Source: an uncultured Candidatus Saccharibacteria bacterium
GTDB taxonomy: Bacteria; Patescibacteriota; Minisyncoccia; Phycocordibacterales; UBA9973
Length of the DNA stretch: 64,000 nt
Assembly (NCBI GenBank): GCA_964626965.1
Contig: CAZVHB010000003.1
Span: forward strand, 12,256-76,255
Direction: 5' to 3'
Shown here: positions 1-10,312 of the stretch, piece by piece
How positions within the stretch are numbered: the first letter of the stretch is position 1
Layout: every line of letters starts with the position of its first letter
Position numbers and translations under genes: made by a program
The notes under the pieces: generated by a model
Seen by the model: the letters and a program-made list of their open reading frames with translations, nothing else
What the model was told of the DNA's origin: nothing
Databases searched by the model: none

Positions 1-302
1 TATTCCTCGCTTCAATCAATGTAAAATACCGTGACGTACGATATGTACTTCCTTTTTTCATACAAATACTCATGTTCGTCACTCCGGTCATCTACCCTGC
101 TGGAGTACTTGGTAAATACTCTTGGATACTTGCACTCAACCCAATGATGGGTGTGATACAAAGTGCGCGCGCAGCACTCTTAGGCACAACAGTACTCAAC
201 TGGACACTTGTGGGAATATCACTTGTTGCTACATTTATACTTATGCTCATTGGTATTTATACATTCAAAAAAACAGAGCGTTATTTTGCAGACATAATAT
301 AA
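1..302 (+). CDS. ABC-2 type polysaccharide exporter permease (Wzm/TagG-like), C-terminal part; 5' end lies outside the window
   Basis: The frame is open from the window edge to the stop at 302. The tail ...VTPVIYPAGVLGKYSWILALNPMMGVIQSARAALLG... is typical of an ABC-2 permease C-terminus, and it sits immediately upstream of an ATP-binding partner. Confidence 0.6.
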   Translation, partial: FLASINVKYRDVRYVLPFFIQILMFVTPVIYPAGVLGKYSWILALNPMMGVIQSARAALLGTTVLNWTLVGISLVATFILMLIGIYTFKKTERYFADII

Positions 303-307
303 AAAAA

Positions 308-1573
308 ATGAAACCAATAATCGAAGTAAAAAACATCAGTAAAAAATATAATATTAACCACCAGAGGGGTGGGTATATTACCCTACGTGACAGCCTGACG
401 AATGTTCTTAAAAACCCATTTGGATTTCTCAAAACAAAAACACAAGAAGAATTTTGGGCCCTCAAAGATGTGAATTTTGAAATCATGCCAGGTGAAATTA
501 TTGGTATTGTTGGACGTAACGGTGCAGGTAAATCTACCCTTCTAAAAATTCTGTCACAGATCACCCCACCAACAACAGGAGAGATAAAAATACACGGTAC
601 TGTTGGAAGTCTCCTTGAAGTTGGTACTGGATTTCACCCAGAACTCACTGGTCGAGAAAATATCTTTCTCAATGGTGCGATCCTTGGAATGAAACATAAA
701 GAAATCATCAAAAAATTTGATGACATCGTAAAATTTGCAGAGATAGAACAATTCCTAGACACACCCGTTAAATACTACTCAAGCGGTATGTATGTCAGAC
801 TCGCTTTCTCTGTCTCAGCACACATGACAACTGATATTCTTATCATAGATGAAGTTCTCGCTGTTGGAGATTCTGATTTCCAAAAAAAATGTTTAGGTAA
901 AATGGAAGACATAACAAACAGTGAAGGACGTACTATTATTTTCGTCAGTCACAACATGGCAACAGTAAAAAAACTCTGTACAAAATGTATTCTCTTTTCA
1001 AAAGGAAAGCTTAAAATGATCGGAGATACCGATAGTGTGATTGATGCGTATCTAAACGCAAAGCAAGAAGCATCAACAGATCAGACACCTGCCCAAATAA
1101 CCAACATAGCAAACAAAAGTGGTACACGTTTTACTGACATGAAAGTCTCAAACACAGAAGGACATTCCCTCTTAACAAGTAGTGATAAGTTAAAAATAGT
1201 ACTATCATATGATAGTGATACTGATGAAGTTATTAAAAACGCACGTATTGTCATAACAGTACATAGTAACTTTTCAAAAAATATAGTACTTCGACTTGAT
1301 AGTGATGTCACAACACAAACAGTGAGCGAAACATTACAACCTCGCGGAGAAATCATCTGCGAAACAGATGAACCCATTAACCTCACGGAAGGAACGTACA
1401 CAGTAGACATTGATTTCCTTATCGATGGAACGAGTGTTTCATACATTAAGGGTACTGCTACTTTTGAAGTCGAAACAGATCTCAAAAAATATAATTACAA
1501 AAACTATCCTGACAAGAATGTTGCTGATACTGTTATGAAATATTCATTCACTGAAAAAAATAATGAAAATTAG
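308..1573 (+). CDS. wzt: ABC transporter ATP-binding protein Wzt/TagH-like with a C-terminal ~170-aa extra (carbohydrate-binding-like) domain
   Basis: Walker A GRNGAGKST, an LSGG-like 'YSSGMYVRLAF' signature and Walker B ILIIDE. I chose the ATG at 308 (MKPIIEVKN); the ORF-track start at 122 is an upstream extension overlapping the permease. Confidence 0.8.
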   Translation: MKPIIEVKNISKKYNINHQRGGYITLRDSLTNVLKNPFGFLKTKTQEEFWALKDVNFEIMPGEIIGIVGRNGAGKSTLLKILSQITPPTTGEIKIHGTVGSLLEVGTGFHPELTGRENIFLNGAILGMKHKEIIKKFDDIVKFAEIEQFLDTPVKYYSSGMYVRLAFSVSAHMTTDILIIDEVLAVGDSDFQKKCLGKMEDITNSEGRTIIFVSHNMATVKKLCTKCILFSKGKLKMIGDTDSVIDAYLNAKQEASTDQTPAQITNIANKSGTRFTDMKVSNTEGHSLLTSSDKLKIVLSYDSDTDEVIKNARIVITVHSNFSKNIVLRLDSDVTTQTVSETLQPRGEIICETDEPINLTEGTYTVDIDFLIDGTSVSYIKGTATFEVETDLKKYNYKNYPDKNVADTVMKYSFTEKNNEN

Positions 1574-2345
1574 TATCTGCATTCCTACATACGAAATGCA
1601 TGGATTAGGAGCAGAGTTTCTTCGTCATAGTTTCGATATACTTATAAAACAAACATACAAAGATTTTGATATTATTATTTCTGATAATTCTATCGATACT
1701 AACATAGAAGAAGTGTGTAAAAAATACACAGATAGAATCTCTATTCACTATTACAAAAATGAAGATACCTTAAAGCGAATGGGTTCTAATATAAACAACG
1801 CACTACAAAAATCTACAGGAGACATTATAAAAATCCTCTTCTTAGATGATTTTCTAAGAGATGAAAATTCCCTCAAAGAAATTGCAGAGAATTTTGATTT
1901 AGAAAAAGACTCTTGGCTTGTTACTGGGTGTGAACATACTATAAATGGTACCTCTTTTTATAAGCCTCATTATCCAAAGTACAATAACAAAATTTACTTA
2001 GGTAAAAATACAATTGGATCTCCTTCTGTACTCACAATCAAAAACAAAAATCCTCTTCTTTTTGATAATTCCCTACGGTGGCTTATAGATTGTGATTACT
2101 ATAAGAGGTGTTATAATTCTTTTGGAAAACCAAAGATCCTAGATAAGATAAATGTCGTAATCCGAACAGGAGAACATCAAATCACTAACACAGAAGCGAC
2201 CGAAACACTCAAGTACAGAGAACTTCTGTATATTGTCAGAAAATACAGCAAAGGATATACACGGTTTAAATTACTTATAGAAAGTTTCGTCCAACACCAA
2301 ATAGATACAATAAAAATATGGATAAAATCAAACTTCCAAATGTAA
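1563..2345 (+). CDS. glycosyltransferase family 2
   Basis: N-terminal 'ISICIPTYE...DIIISDNS' GT2 motifs; 11-nt overlap with wzt suggests translational coupling. Confidence 0.7.
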   Translation: MKISICIPTYEMHGLGAEFLRHSFDILIKQTYKDFDIIISDNSIDTNIEEVCKKYTDRISIHYYKNEDTLKRMGSNINNALQKSTGDIIKILFLDDFLRDENSLKEIAENFDLEKDSWLVTGCEHTINGTSFYKPHYPKYNNKIYLGKNTIGSPSVLTIKNKNPLLFDNSLRWLIDCDYYKRCYNSFGKPKILDKINVVIRTGEHQITNTEATETLKYRELLYIVRKYSKGYTRFKLLIESFVQHQIDTIKIWIKSNFQM

Positions 2346-2941
2346 CCCTTATTGCTCTCACGGGTAAAAATATTGAAGGTCACCAGAAAGCACTCGACTA
2401 TAGTTGTCTAGGTATTGAATTTGGAGCAGTTAAACTCATTAACTCACCAAGCAAGAGCATAGACGAGTGGTCTCAAAAAATAGTCTATGACCTAGGAGAC
2501 TACGTTGATACAGAATTCGCGTTATTGATCCATGACGACGGTTTTGTTGTACACCCAGAAAGGTGGAACCCAGAGTGGCTACAATATGACTTCATCGGTT
2601 CACCCTTCCCAATGCCTCGGGATACTTTTTCGTATCGTGACATACATGGCAACATCCAAAGAGTTGGAAACAGTGTGTCATTACGAAGCAAGAAGCTCCT
2701 AGATCTCCCTAAAAAAATTGGAATGGAGTGGAAACCATTCCATGGATTTTATAATGAAGACGGATATATCTCAGTAAACATGCGTCATGTCTTTGAAGAA
2801 CACGGCTGTGTCTTTGCTCCATTTGACGTCGCAATACATTTTGGAAGAGAGACTCCGTTACCTGAAAATAAAAACATTCAACCATTTGTATTTCACAAAA
2901 ACAAAGGAGAAAATAAAAAGTATCCCAATTTTGAATTATGA
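2318..2941 (+). CDS. hypothetical protein in glycan operon (possibly a DUF-type glycosyltransferase-associated protein)
   Basis: Protein-like 207-aa ORF, overlap-coupled to both neighbours; no recognisable catalytic motif. Confidence 0.4.
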   Translation: MDKIKLPNVTLIALTGKNIEGHQKALDYSCLGIEFGAVKLINSPSKSIDEWSQKIVYDLGDYVDTEFALLIHDDGFVVHPERWNPEWLQYDFIGSPFPMPRDTFSYRDIHGNIQRVGNSVSLRSKKLLDLPKKIGMEWKPFHGFYNEDGYISVNMRHVFEEHGCVFAPFDVAIHFGRETPLPENKNIQPFVFHKNKGENKKYPNFEL

Positions 2942-4656
2942 TCGTCACAGAAATATACAAAGGGCAAGGACTCGGGAACCAGCTCTGGTGCTATGTGGTT
3001 ACTCGAGTTATTGCCAAAGATAGAGGCTATACATTTGGAATTAAATCTCCTGAGAAATTTAAGTGTCTTGATTTTATGAATCTCGATTTTGGTGAAAAAG
3101 TCATAGGTGGCAGTGGTCCCGAAGGAGGTTCACCACACACTCTTCCTGATGGAATCACTCATTATTATAATGAAAGAAAACTTGTTTACATGGATGGGAC
3201 AGACATTCGCACATACGATGAAAATCTTTTGAATGTTCCTGATAACACAAAAATAGATGGCATCATGCAGGACGAACAGTATATTATTCACAGAAAAAAC
3301 GAAATACGAGAATGGTTAAAAATAAAAGAAGGATATGAAGTACCAGAATACTCCAATGAAAATACCTGCATTATTAATTTCCGAGGTGGAGAGTATGTAG
3401 GACTCCAAGAAGTGTTCCTCACAAAAAAATACTGGAATGATGCAATTAAACACATGCGAGGGATAAACCCAAGTATGAAATTTGTCGTCGTTACTGACGA
3501 TGTAAAAACTGCAAAAAAATTCTTTCCTCATTTTGAATGTTCTCATAGATCAATCGGGCACGATTATTCCATTATTAATAATGCATATTATCTCATACTC
3601 TCAAATTCGAGCTTTGCCTTCTTCCCTGCTTGGCTTAATACGAGAATAAAAAAAATAATTGCACCAAAATACTGGGCAAGACACAATGTCTCTGATGGGT
3701 ATTGGGCGTGTGACTACAATCTTACCTCACAATGGATGTATTTAGATCGAGATGGGATACTGCATAATTATGATTCATGTAAAAAAGAGCTAGATCAGTA
3801 CAAGAACATACACTCAGATCTATACAAAAAAGTAAAAATAGAAGATACTTTTTTAGTCGTATCTAACTATTACAATGACCTAAGTTGGGTTCCTGAATAC
3901 ACAGATAATTATATTGTGTATGACCAAAGTGATGTGGCAATCTATCCACCAAAACTACATCTAGACAAAATTATTAAAAGCCCACACTTAGGACACAACA
4001 TCCGAGACTACTGTACCTACATTATTGATCATTATGAGAACCTACCAGAACGAGTAGCTTTTGTGACAGGTAATATTTTTCCAAGACACGTCGCGCGAGA
4101 TTGTTTCGACAAACTAGTGAATAATACGTTTTTTACTCCTTTTATCGACCATAGAAAACATCACACAAGGTGGCCAATTTCTTTTATCTCAAAAGATGGA
4201 CTGTACAATGAAATCAACGATAGTTGGTATCTTCATCACCACCCAACAAAATATTTTCATAATTACAATGATTTTCTCCAATTTTGTTTTAAAAAATCTG
4301 AACTACCAAAGTATGTAAAATTTACACCAGGTGCAAATTACATTGTTCCAAAAGAAAATATTTTAAAATTACCTAAAATATTTTACGAGAATTTGAGAGT
4401 ATTTGTCTCTCACTCCCCTACAGTAATCCCAGGTGAGTCACATATTATTGAACGGGCTTTATATACACTCTGGAGTAGTAATTTTGAAATTAACGAAAAT
4501 ATGCTTTCGCCAATAGGAGAAAACTTCAGTGCAAAACCAAGAATAAAAACAGCCTTTGTGTATAGAGCTGTTATGGTGTTAATACATACATTCTGGAATA
4601 CTGTAAATGTAGGCAATAAAGTTATTAATAAAATAAGTCAGAAATTATCTGTATGA
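2938..4656 (+). CDS. GT11-like (alpha-1,2-fucosyltransferase-like) domain fused to a C-terminal ~300-aa domain of unknown function
   Basis: N-terminal 'GQGLGNQLWCY', 'FRGGEYVG' and 'SNSSFAFFPAWL' match the GT11 hallmarks (GGLGNQMFQYA / HxRRGDY / ANSTFSWWAA). ATGA overlap with the upstream gene. Confidence 0.55.
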   Translation: MIVTEIYKGQGLGNQLWCYVVTRVIAKDRGYTFGIKSPEKFKCLDFMNLDFGEKVIGGSGPEGGSPHTLPDGITHYYNERKLVYMDGTDIRTYDENLLNVPDNTKIDGIMQDEQYIIHRKNEIREWLKIKEGYEVPEYSNENTCIINFRGGEYVGLQEVFLTKKYWNDAIKHMRGINPSMKFVVVTDDVKTAKKFFPHFECSHRSIGHDYSIINNAYYLILSNSSFAFFPAWLNTRIKKIIAPKYWARHNVSDGYWACDYNLTSQWMYLDRDGILHNYDSCKKELDQYKNIHSDLYKKVKIEDTFLVVSNYYNDLSWVPEYTDNYIVYDQSDVAIYPPKLHLDKIIKSPHLGHNIRDYCTYIIDHYENLPERVAFVTGNIFPRHVARDCFDKLVNNTFFTPFIDHRKHHTRWPISFISKDGLYNEINDSWYLHHHPTKYFHNYNDFLQFCFKKSELPKYVKFTPGANYIVPKENILKLPKIFYENLRVFVSHSPTVIPGESHIIERALYTLWSSNFEINENMLSPIGENFSAKPRIKTAFVYRAVMVLIHTFWNTVNVGNKVINKISQKLSV

Positions 4657-5576
4657 TGCACAAAATCAAAAACGCACTCTTATCTATTTTTAAAAAAGTA
4701 TCTAAGAGAGAGAAAACAGTAAAAATGTTAACTAAAGAAGAAATAGCTTCCATCCAAAAATATAGACCAACCATAAAAATATATGATATTTTTACTTACA
4801 ACGGTGAAGCTGATGTTTTGGAAATCCGTTTACATATATTAAAAGACGTCGTAGATGAGTTTATTATTGTGGAAGCTCCTACTACCTTCTCTGGGCTACA
4901 CAAGCCATTATATTTCAATGAACAAAAGGACCGCTTTGCTCCATTTTTAGATAAAATAAAATACTTTGTTATAAACGACTACCCAAATGACACAGCATTA
5001 TGCGAACTTGCTGACAGAAGCTCCAATGTACCTAAAGATGGTCCGGAACATTGGAGACGAGAGTTTTACCAAAAAGAAAGTATAAAAAAAGCACTGACTC
5101 ACCTCTCTGATGAAGACATCTGCTTCATTGGTGATGTGGATGAAATATGGAATCCAGAAATCGTCATTGATTATAGAAAAGACAGTATATTTAAATTACA
5201 GCAAGTTGTTTACTCATATTTCTTAAATAACAGATCTTCGGAAAAATGGGCTGGCACGCTCGTCACAAAATACAAAAATATAAAAAATAACTGTTTAAAT
5301 CATTTACGAACTGCAACAAAAACAAAATACCTATACGTAAAAAATGGAGGGTGGCATTTTACGAGTATTGGTGGAATAGATGAAATCCGAAGAAAATTAA
5401 ATGACTCTTACACAAAAGAAAGCTATAATACACAGATAGTGCAAGATAATCTAGAGCAAAGATTTGGTAAACAAGATTACATGGGTAGAAAATTTACATT
5501 CTCTGCTGATGAATCTGACTTACCAAAGTATATATTAGACAATAAAGAAAAATACAAAAAACTATTCAAAGAATAA
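4653..5576 (+). CDS. glycosyltransferase family 17-like (beta-1,4-N-acetylglucosaminyltransferase-like)
   Basis: 'DIFTYNGEADVLEIRLHILKDVVDEFIIVEAPTTFSGLHKPLYF' matches the GT17 pattern F.(F/Y)N.E.D.LE.RL..L...VD.F(V/I).E...TF.G..KPL.F. Confidence 0.5.
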   Translation: MMHKIKNALLSIFKKVSKREKTVKMLTKEEIASIQKYRPTIKIYDIFTYNGEADVLEIRLHILKDVVDEFIIVEAPTTFSGLHKPLYFNEQKDRFAPFLDKIKYFVINDYPNDTALCELADRSSNVPKDGPEHWRREFYQKESIKKALTHLSDEDICFIGDVDEIWNPEIVIDYRKDSIFKLQQVVYSYFLNNRSSEKWAGTLVTKYKNIKNNCLNHLRTATKTKYLYVKNGGWHFTSIGGIDEIRRKLNDSYTKESYNTQIVQDNLEQRFGKQDYMGRKFTFSADESDLPKYILDNKEKYKKLFKE

Positions 5577-5577
5577 A

Positions 5578-6570
5578 ATGAAGAACACTGACCACAAAGA
5601 TATAAATGTTGTTATTCCTGTGTATAACGGGGCGCGTTTTATCGTGGATGCACTTGACTCTGTAGTCCACCAAACACTCGCTCCAGAGAGGATTATTGTT
5701 ATTGATGACGGATCAACAGACAACACACATGAACTCGTTTCAAAATACAAAGAAACTTCACCTGTAGAAATCACGCTCATAAAGAAACAAAACGGTGGAC
5801 TCAGTTCAGCTCGTAATGCGGGAATCAAAGAAAGTACTTCAGAGTTTATTGCATTTTTAGATGCAGATGATACATGGGTAAAAGAAAAGCTCGAGGAACA
5901 AATATACATATACGATAAAACAGAATTTAAAAATCTAGCTTTAGTATATTGTGATTATGATGTCATAGATTCATCTGGAAAAGTAAAATACAAAAATTAC
6001 AAAGCTCCGCTTGATCAAAAGAGAATGCGTGGATCCGTATTTAAAAAACTCATTGAGAGAAACCAAATTGCTTCAAGTGGAAGTGGAGTGCTCATAAAAA
6101 GAGAGATATTTGATACAGTTGGTCTTTTCGATGAAACATTACCTTGGGGTGAAGATTGGGATATGTGGCTCCGAATTGCACAAAAGTTTGAAGTTGATTT
6201 CACCCCAAAAACACTGGTCCATATTCGTAAAAACGAACACAATATGACCGCTAATCCTACAAAAGTTTTTGAAGGTGAAGTACAGTTTTATAATAAGTGG
6301 ATACCACTCGTTGATAAAAAGTACCCTATTCCCTTATTTTGGGCTGATAAAATTACGTTTAGGATTCTACTCAATATCACAAAAAAGAATTTTTTAGTAC
6401 TATTAAAAAATAAACTTTCAGTAGAAAATTACAAAAAATTATTCAGGAAATCATTTGGATCTCTGTATCTATACATTCCTCTGTTTTTTATACGCCAAAT
6501 TTTCAATATACTTTTTTACCCAAAGTATCTACAAATAGCGACAAAATTCATAAAAAACAAAGGAGTATAA
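5578..6570 (+). CDS. glycosyltransferase family 2
   Basis: 'INVVIPVYNGARFIVDALDSVVHQT...IIVIDDGSTDNT' and 'AFLDADD' DxD motif. Confidence 0.75.
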   Translation: MKNTDHKDINVVIPVYNGARFIVDALDSVVHQTLAPERIIVIDDGSTDNTHELVSKYKETSPVEITLIKKQNGGLSSARNAGIKESTSEFIAFLDADDTWVKEKLEEQIYIYDKTEFKNLALVYCDYDVIDSSGKVKYKNYKAPLDQKRMRGSVFKKLIERNQIASSGSGVLIKREIFDTVGLFDETLPWGEDWDMWLRIAQKFEVDFTPKTLVHIRKNEHNMTANPTKVFEGEVQFYNKWIPLVDKKYPIPLFWADKITFRILLNITKKNFLVLLKNKLSVENYKKLFRKSFGSLYLYIPLFFIRQIFNILFYPKYLQIATKFIKNKGV

Positions 6571-6571
6571 A

Positions 6572-7420
6572 TTATATATTTTTATATAATGTATATACGC
6601 GAGAGAAAAAAGGTCTAAAAAATCTCATAGTTAAGAATCTGTATCCGTACATTCTTAAAGATATAAACATTACTGCTTGCCAATACTGTGGATACTGCTT
6701 TTTAAATTTCTTAATAAGCGTAAGTGATTTTTTAAATTGTTCTACTTTATTTTGAGAACTAATACTTTCACTTCTTAAGACAAGCTTCACTCCATACATA
6801 GGTATGTTAGCAAATGTACCTACTGTTCCTAATTTGAGCCATAATTCGTAATCTTCAATATGCCTTGTATCTGGAGACTCGCTATATCCACCAGTACTAA
6901 GTGCGGAGGATTTGATAAATAACACACTCGAGTGGGTAAAACAATTTTTATTTAAAATTTCACTTCGTATTTCTTTATCTGAGGTTGTATTATATTTTCT
7001 AAATATTTCCTTACCATTTTCATTTACTGCAATAAACCCAGTTCCAACCAAAACATGATCTGTATTTTCTACTAAAAATGCAACTTGCTGTTTAAGCTTA
7101 TCTCTATCTACCCACACATCATCATCATCAATACGAGCGATATATTCACCTTTTGCTTCTTGTATTCCACGATTGAGGGTTTTTTGAATTCCTAAATTTG
7201 TTTCATTTTTTATATACCGAATCCGGCTATCTTTTTGTGCAAGACTACTCACAACAGCACACGTACCATCAGTCGAACCATCATCAATTACCAAAAGTTC
7301 CCAGTTCGTATATGCCTGCGCAAGCACACTTAAAATAGACGCTTCAATGCGAAGTGCTCCGTTATATGTAGGAAGAATGATAGAAACGAGCTTGTCCATA
7401 TTACATTTTGATCCAATCAA
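6572..7420 (-). CDS. glycosyltransferase family 2
   Basis: 'VSIILPTYNGALRIEASILSVLAQAYTNWELLVIDDGSTDGT', 'RIDDDD'; true start may be the internal MDKLVS. Confidence 0.75.
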   Translation of the reverse strand: MIGSKCNMDKLVSIILPTYNGALRIEASILSVLAQAYTNWELLVIDDGSTDGTCAVVSSLAQKDSRIRYIKNETNLGIQKTLNRGIQEAKGEYIARIDDDDVWVDRDKLKQQVAFLVENTDHVLVGTGFIAVNENGKEIFRKYNTTSDKEIRSEILNKNCFTHSSVLFIKSSALSTGGYSESPDTRHIEDYELWLKLGTVGTFANIPMYGVKLVLRSESISSQNKVEQFKKSLTLIKKFKKQYPQYWQAVMFISLRMYGYRFLTMRFFRPFFSRVYTLYKNI

Positions 7421-8270
7421 GAGGAATCACATCACTCGCGTCGATAGACGCATCAGCAAACCATTGCTTTGGGCAGACAACTATTTTGCTCTTATTAGGA
7501 GAGAGCCACGCAGCCCACCAAGAAAATGAACTATTTGCGATAATGAAATGGTTGCAGAGCGACATAAGGAAAAGATTGCCTTCAGCTTTTTTCCCAGCGT
7601 ATTCATCACCCACGTATGTCGTTGGTATATCGAACTGCACATTCTCTCGACACCATGCGATATCATCAGAGAACACATAGACGTGTCCTAGTGTAGTTTT
7701 ACCACTAATCACCTCTACTGCATCTTTATAATATGTATTAGTAACCACTTCATGAGTTGCATTACCAACATAGTCCCCTCTTCTCACGTGTACACAGAGA
7801 GAATTTTGAGATTTAATTTCAAGAGCGAGTTTTTGGATATTTTCTGGTAATGCTTCTTTTACAATAAAATCTTTGCGAATCACCTCTTCAATATCAGAAA
7901 AATATTTTGGACTCTGCCAGTACCCATCAAGAAACAGGTTATCTCCTTTGTTAAAAATGGACGCATCAAAATTGAAACTTTTTTCTTGACCCTTGCTTTT
8001 GAAAAATTTTCTCACCAATGTGACAAAATACACGAAAAGTTTACTACTATAGAGTTTGTATAAAAATGGTATATCAGATTGCTCCGCGATATCAGCTTGA
8101 ATAGTAAATACATCGAGGTCATACCCTCGCTTTGTTACACCTTTTAAATTAAGATCGTAAAATGAAGTATCAAGTTTTAATGGGACATTGTGACGTAATG
8201 ACAGTGCTCTTCCACACGCATACTGAAACATTTGATTCCCCATTCCTCCTTTGAGTCGTACTATAATCAT
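7401..8270 (-). CDS. alpha-1,2-fucosyltransferase (GT11, FutC-like)
   Basis: 'KGGMGNQMFQYA', 'HVRRGDYV', 'ANSSFSWWAAWL' are the canonical GT11 motifs. Confidence 0.8.
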   Translation of the reverse strand: MIIVRLKGGMGNQMFQYACGRALSLRHNVPLKLDTSFYDLNLKGVTKRGYDLDVFTIQADIAEQSDIPFLYKLYSSKLFVYFVTLVRKFFKSKGQEKSFNFDASIFNKGDNLFLDGYWQSPKYFSDIEEVIRKDFIVKEALPENIQKLALEIKSQNSLCVHVRRGDYVGNATHEVVTNTYYKDAVEVISGKTTLGHVYVFSDDIAWCRENVQFDIPTTYVGDEYAGKKAEGNLFLMSLCNHFIIANSSFSWWAAWLSPNKSKIVVCPKQWFADASIDASDVIPLDWIKM

Positions 8271-8272
8271 AT

Positions 8273-9235
8273 CTATTTATTTGTTATATAGTTTTCAAGA
8301 AACCACTTGTAGGTCGACTCAACACCATCTCGTAACTGTATTTTTGCGTTCCAACCAAGTGAAGAGAGTCTTGAGACATCGAGTAGCTTACGAGGAGCGC
8401 CATCTGGTTTGGTTGTATCCCAAACAATTTCACCCTCGAAGCCAACAATTTCTTTTATCATCATCACGAGTTCTTTAATTGATACATCAACACCAGTTCC
8501 GACATTTACAAACATCGGACCTTTTTCATTTTCTTCTTTCGTTGGATTAAAATTATCCATAGCAAACAAACACGCCGAAGCTAAATCATCGACATGCAAC
8601 AATTCTCGTTTTGGTGTTCCAGTTCCCCACACCGTGACGTCTTTTGCGGAAGAGACCTTCGCCTCGTGCATTTTACGCATAAGCGCAGGTAATACATGAG
8701 AACTCTGTAAATCAAAATTATCATTTTGACCATAGAGATTTGTCGGCATCAGTGCGATAAAATTCGTCCCATATTGACGATTATAACTCTGACACAATTT
8801 AATACCGGCTATTTTTGCAAGACCATATGGTTCGTTTGTTGGTTCAATAAGACCAGTCAGAAGATATTCTTCTTTCATTGGTTGATCAGCAAATTTTGGG
8901 TAAATACATGAACTCCCGAGGAAAAGTAGTTTGGTTACACCGTTTATTCGTGCACTCTCAATAATGTTTGTTTCAATAACAAGGTTTCGGTAGATAAAAT
9001 CTGCTGGATAGGTATTATTGGCGAGAATCCCTCCAACCTTTGCTGCTGAGAGAAAGACATACTCTGGCTTCTCTTCTGCAAAAAATGCTTCTACATCTGA
9101 CTGACGCAATAAATCAAGTTCTTCATGCGTACGCAAAAGGAGATTTGTGTACCCTTGGGTTTCAAGTGCCCGCACAAGTGCAGAACCAACGAGTCCTTTG
9201 TGTCCGGCAACATAAATTTTTGAATCTTTTTTCAT
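8273..9235 (-). CDS. fcl: GDP-L-fucose synthase (GDP-4-keto-6-deoxy-D-mannose 3,5-epimerase/4-reductase)
   Basis: 'KIYVAGHKGLVGSA...' NAD(P) Rossmann fold, YxxxK in 'YGLAKIAG', length 320 aa, adjacent to gmd. Confidence 0.85.
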   Translation of the reverse strand: MKKDSKIYVAGHKGLVGSALVRALETQGYTNLLLRTHEELDLLRQSDVEAFFAEEKPEYVFLSAAKVGGILANNTYPADFIYRNLVIETNIIESARINGVTKLLFLGSSCIYPKFADQPMKEEYLLTGLIEPTNEPYGLAKIAGIKLCQSYNRQYGTNFIALMPTNLYGQNDNFDLQSSHVLPALMRKMHEAKVSSAKDVTVWGTGTPKRELLHVDDLASACLFAMDNFNPTKEENEKGPMFVNVGTGVDVSIKELVMMIKEIVGFEGEIVWDTTKPDGAPRKLLDVSRLSSLGWNAKIQLRDGVESTYKWFLENYITNK

Positions 9236-9238
9236 ATG

Positions 9239-10312
9239 TTATTTTAAATAGTCTTCACTTAATAATCGACGTTCTGTAAATTCACCATCAATCATAATTT
9301 TTATCAGTTCTTTAAAAGTGACATTTGGTGTCCAATTAAGTTTCTCTTTACATTTTGTGGCATCACCGAGGAGTACATCCACTTCACTTGGTCGATAATA
9401 CGCTGGGTCAATACGAATTATCTCTTTACCTGTTTTCTCTTCTATCCCTACTTCATCAAGACCTGTTCCCTTCCACATAATCTTGTATCCCACCATCTCA
9501 GCTGCACACTCTACAAACTCCCGAACAGAGTGTGTTTCTCCTGTCGCAACAACAAAATCATCCGGTGTGTCAGCTTGAAGCATAAGCCACATTGCTTCAA
9601 CATAGTCTTTTGCGTACCCCCAGTCTCTTTTAGCATCTAAATTACCAAGAAAAATTGTTTCTTTTTTACCGAGCACAATATCTACAAGTCCTTCCGTAAT
9701 TTTTTTTGTAACAAACGTTCTTCCTCGCCTTGGTGATTCATGATTAAACAAAATTCCATTAGAAATGAACATATCATATGCCTCACGGTAATTCACACAA
9801 ATCATATGTGAGAACACTTTCGCGCATGCATACGGACTGCGTGGATTAAACGGTGTTGTTTCTTTTTGTGGCATTTCGAGTACTTTACCAAACATTTCGC
9901 TTGATCCAGCTTGATAAAACTTTACAGGAAGTTTGCTCTCACGTACTGCATCAAGCAACCGCACAGTTCCAAGCGCATCGATATCTGTCGTGTATTCTGG
10001 AATGTCGAAACTTACACGCACATGACTCTGTGCTCCAAGATTATAAATTTCATCTGGTTTACTTTTTCGAATCACACTATTAATACTCTGAGAATCGGAC
10101 AGATCTCCAAAATGAAGCAAAAGGTTTCTATTATCTGTATGTGGGTCTTGATAGATATGATCTAGTCTTCCAGTATTAAAACTCGAAGAACGTCTAATCA
10201 TCCCATGCACTTCGTATCCTTTTGCAAGTAAAAATTCAGCCAAATATGACCCATCTTGTCCTGTAATTCCTATGATTAATGCTCTTTTTTTGTTTTCCAT
10301 ATTAAATACCAT
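9239..10312 (-). CDS. gmd: GDP-mannose 4,6-dehydratase
   Basis: '[26 protein letters not shown]' and the overall Gmd signature; 357 aa. Confidence 0.85.
   Translation of the reverse strand: MVFNMENKKRALIIGITGQDGSYLAEFLLAKGYEVHGMIRRSSSFNTGRLDHIYQDPHTDNRNLLLHFGDLSDSQSINSVIRKSKPDEIYNLGAQSHVRVSFDIPEYTTDIDALGTVRLLDAVRESKLPVKFYQAGSSEMFGKVLEMPQKETTPFNPRSPYACAKVFSHMICVNYREAYDMFISNGILFNHESPRRGRTFVTKKITEGLVDIVLGKKETIFLGNLDAKRDWGYAKDYVEAMWLMLQADTPDDFVVATGETHSVREFVECAAEMVGYKIMWKGTGLDEVGIEEKTGKEIIRIDPAYYRPSEVDVLLGDATKCKEKLNWTPNVTFKELIKIMIDGEFTERRLLSEDYLK

Noticed and set aside
122-307. N-terminal 62-aa extension of the Wzt ORF (ORF track 122-1573)
   Set aside because: The extension overlaps the permease gene in another frame and is Cys/Tyr-rich nonsense. 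The conserved ABC ATPase N-terminus begins at the ATG at 308.
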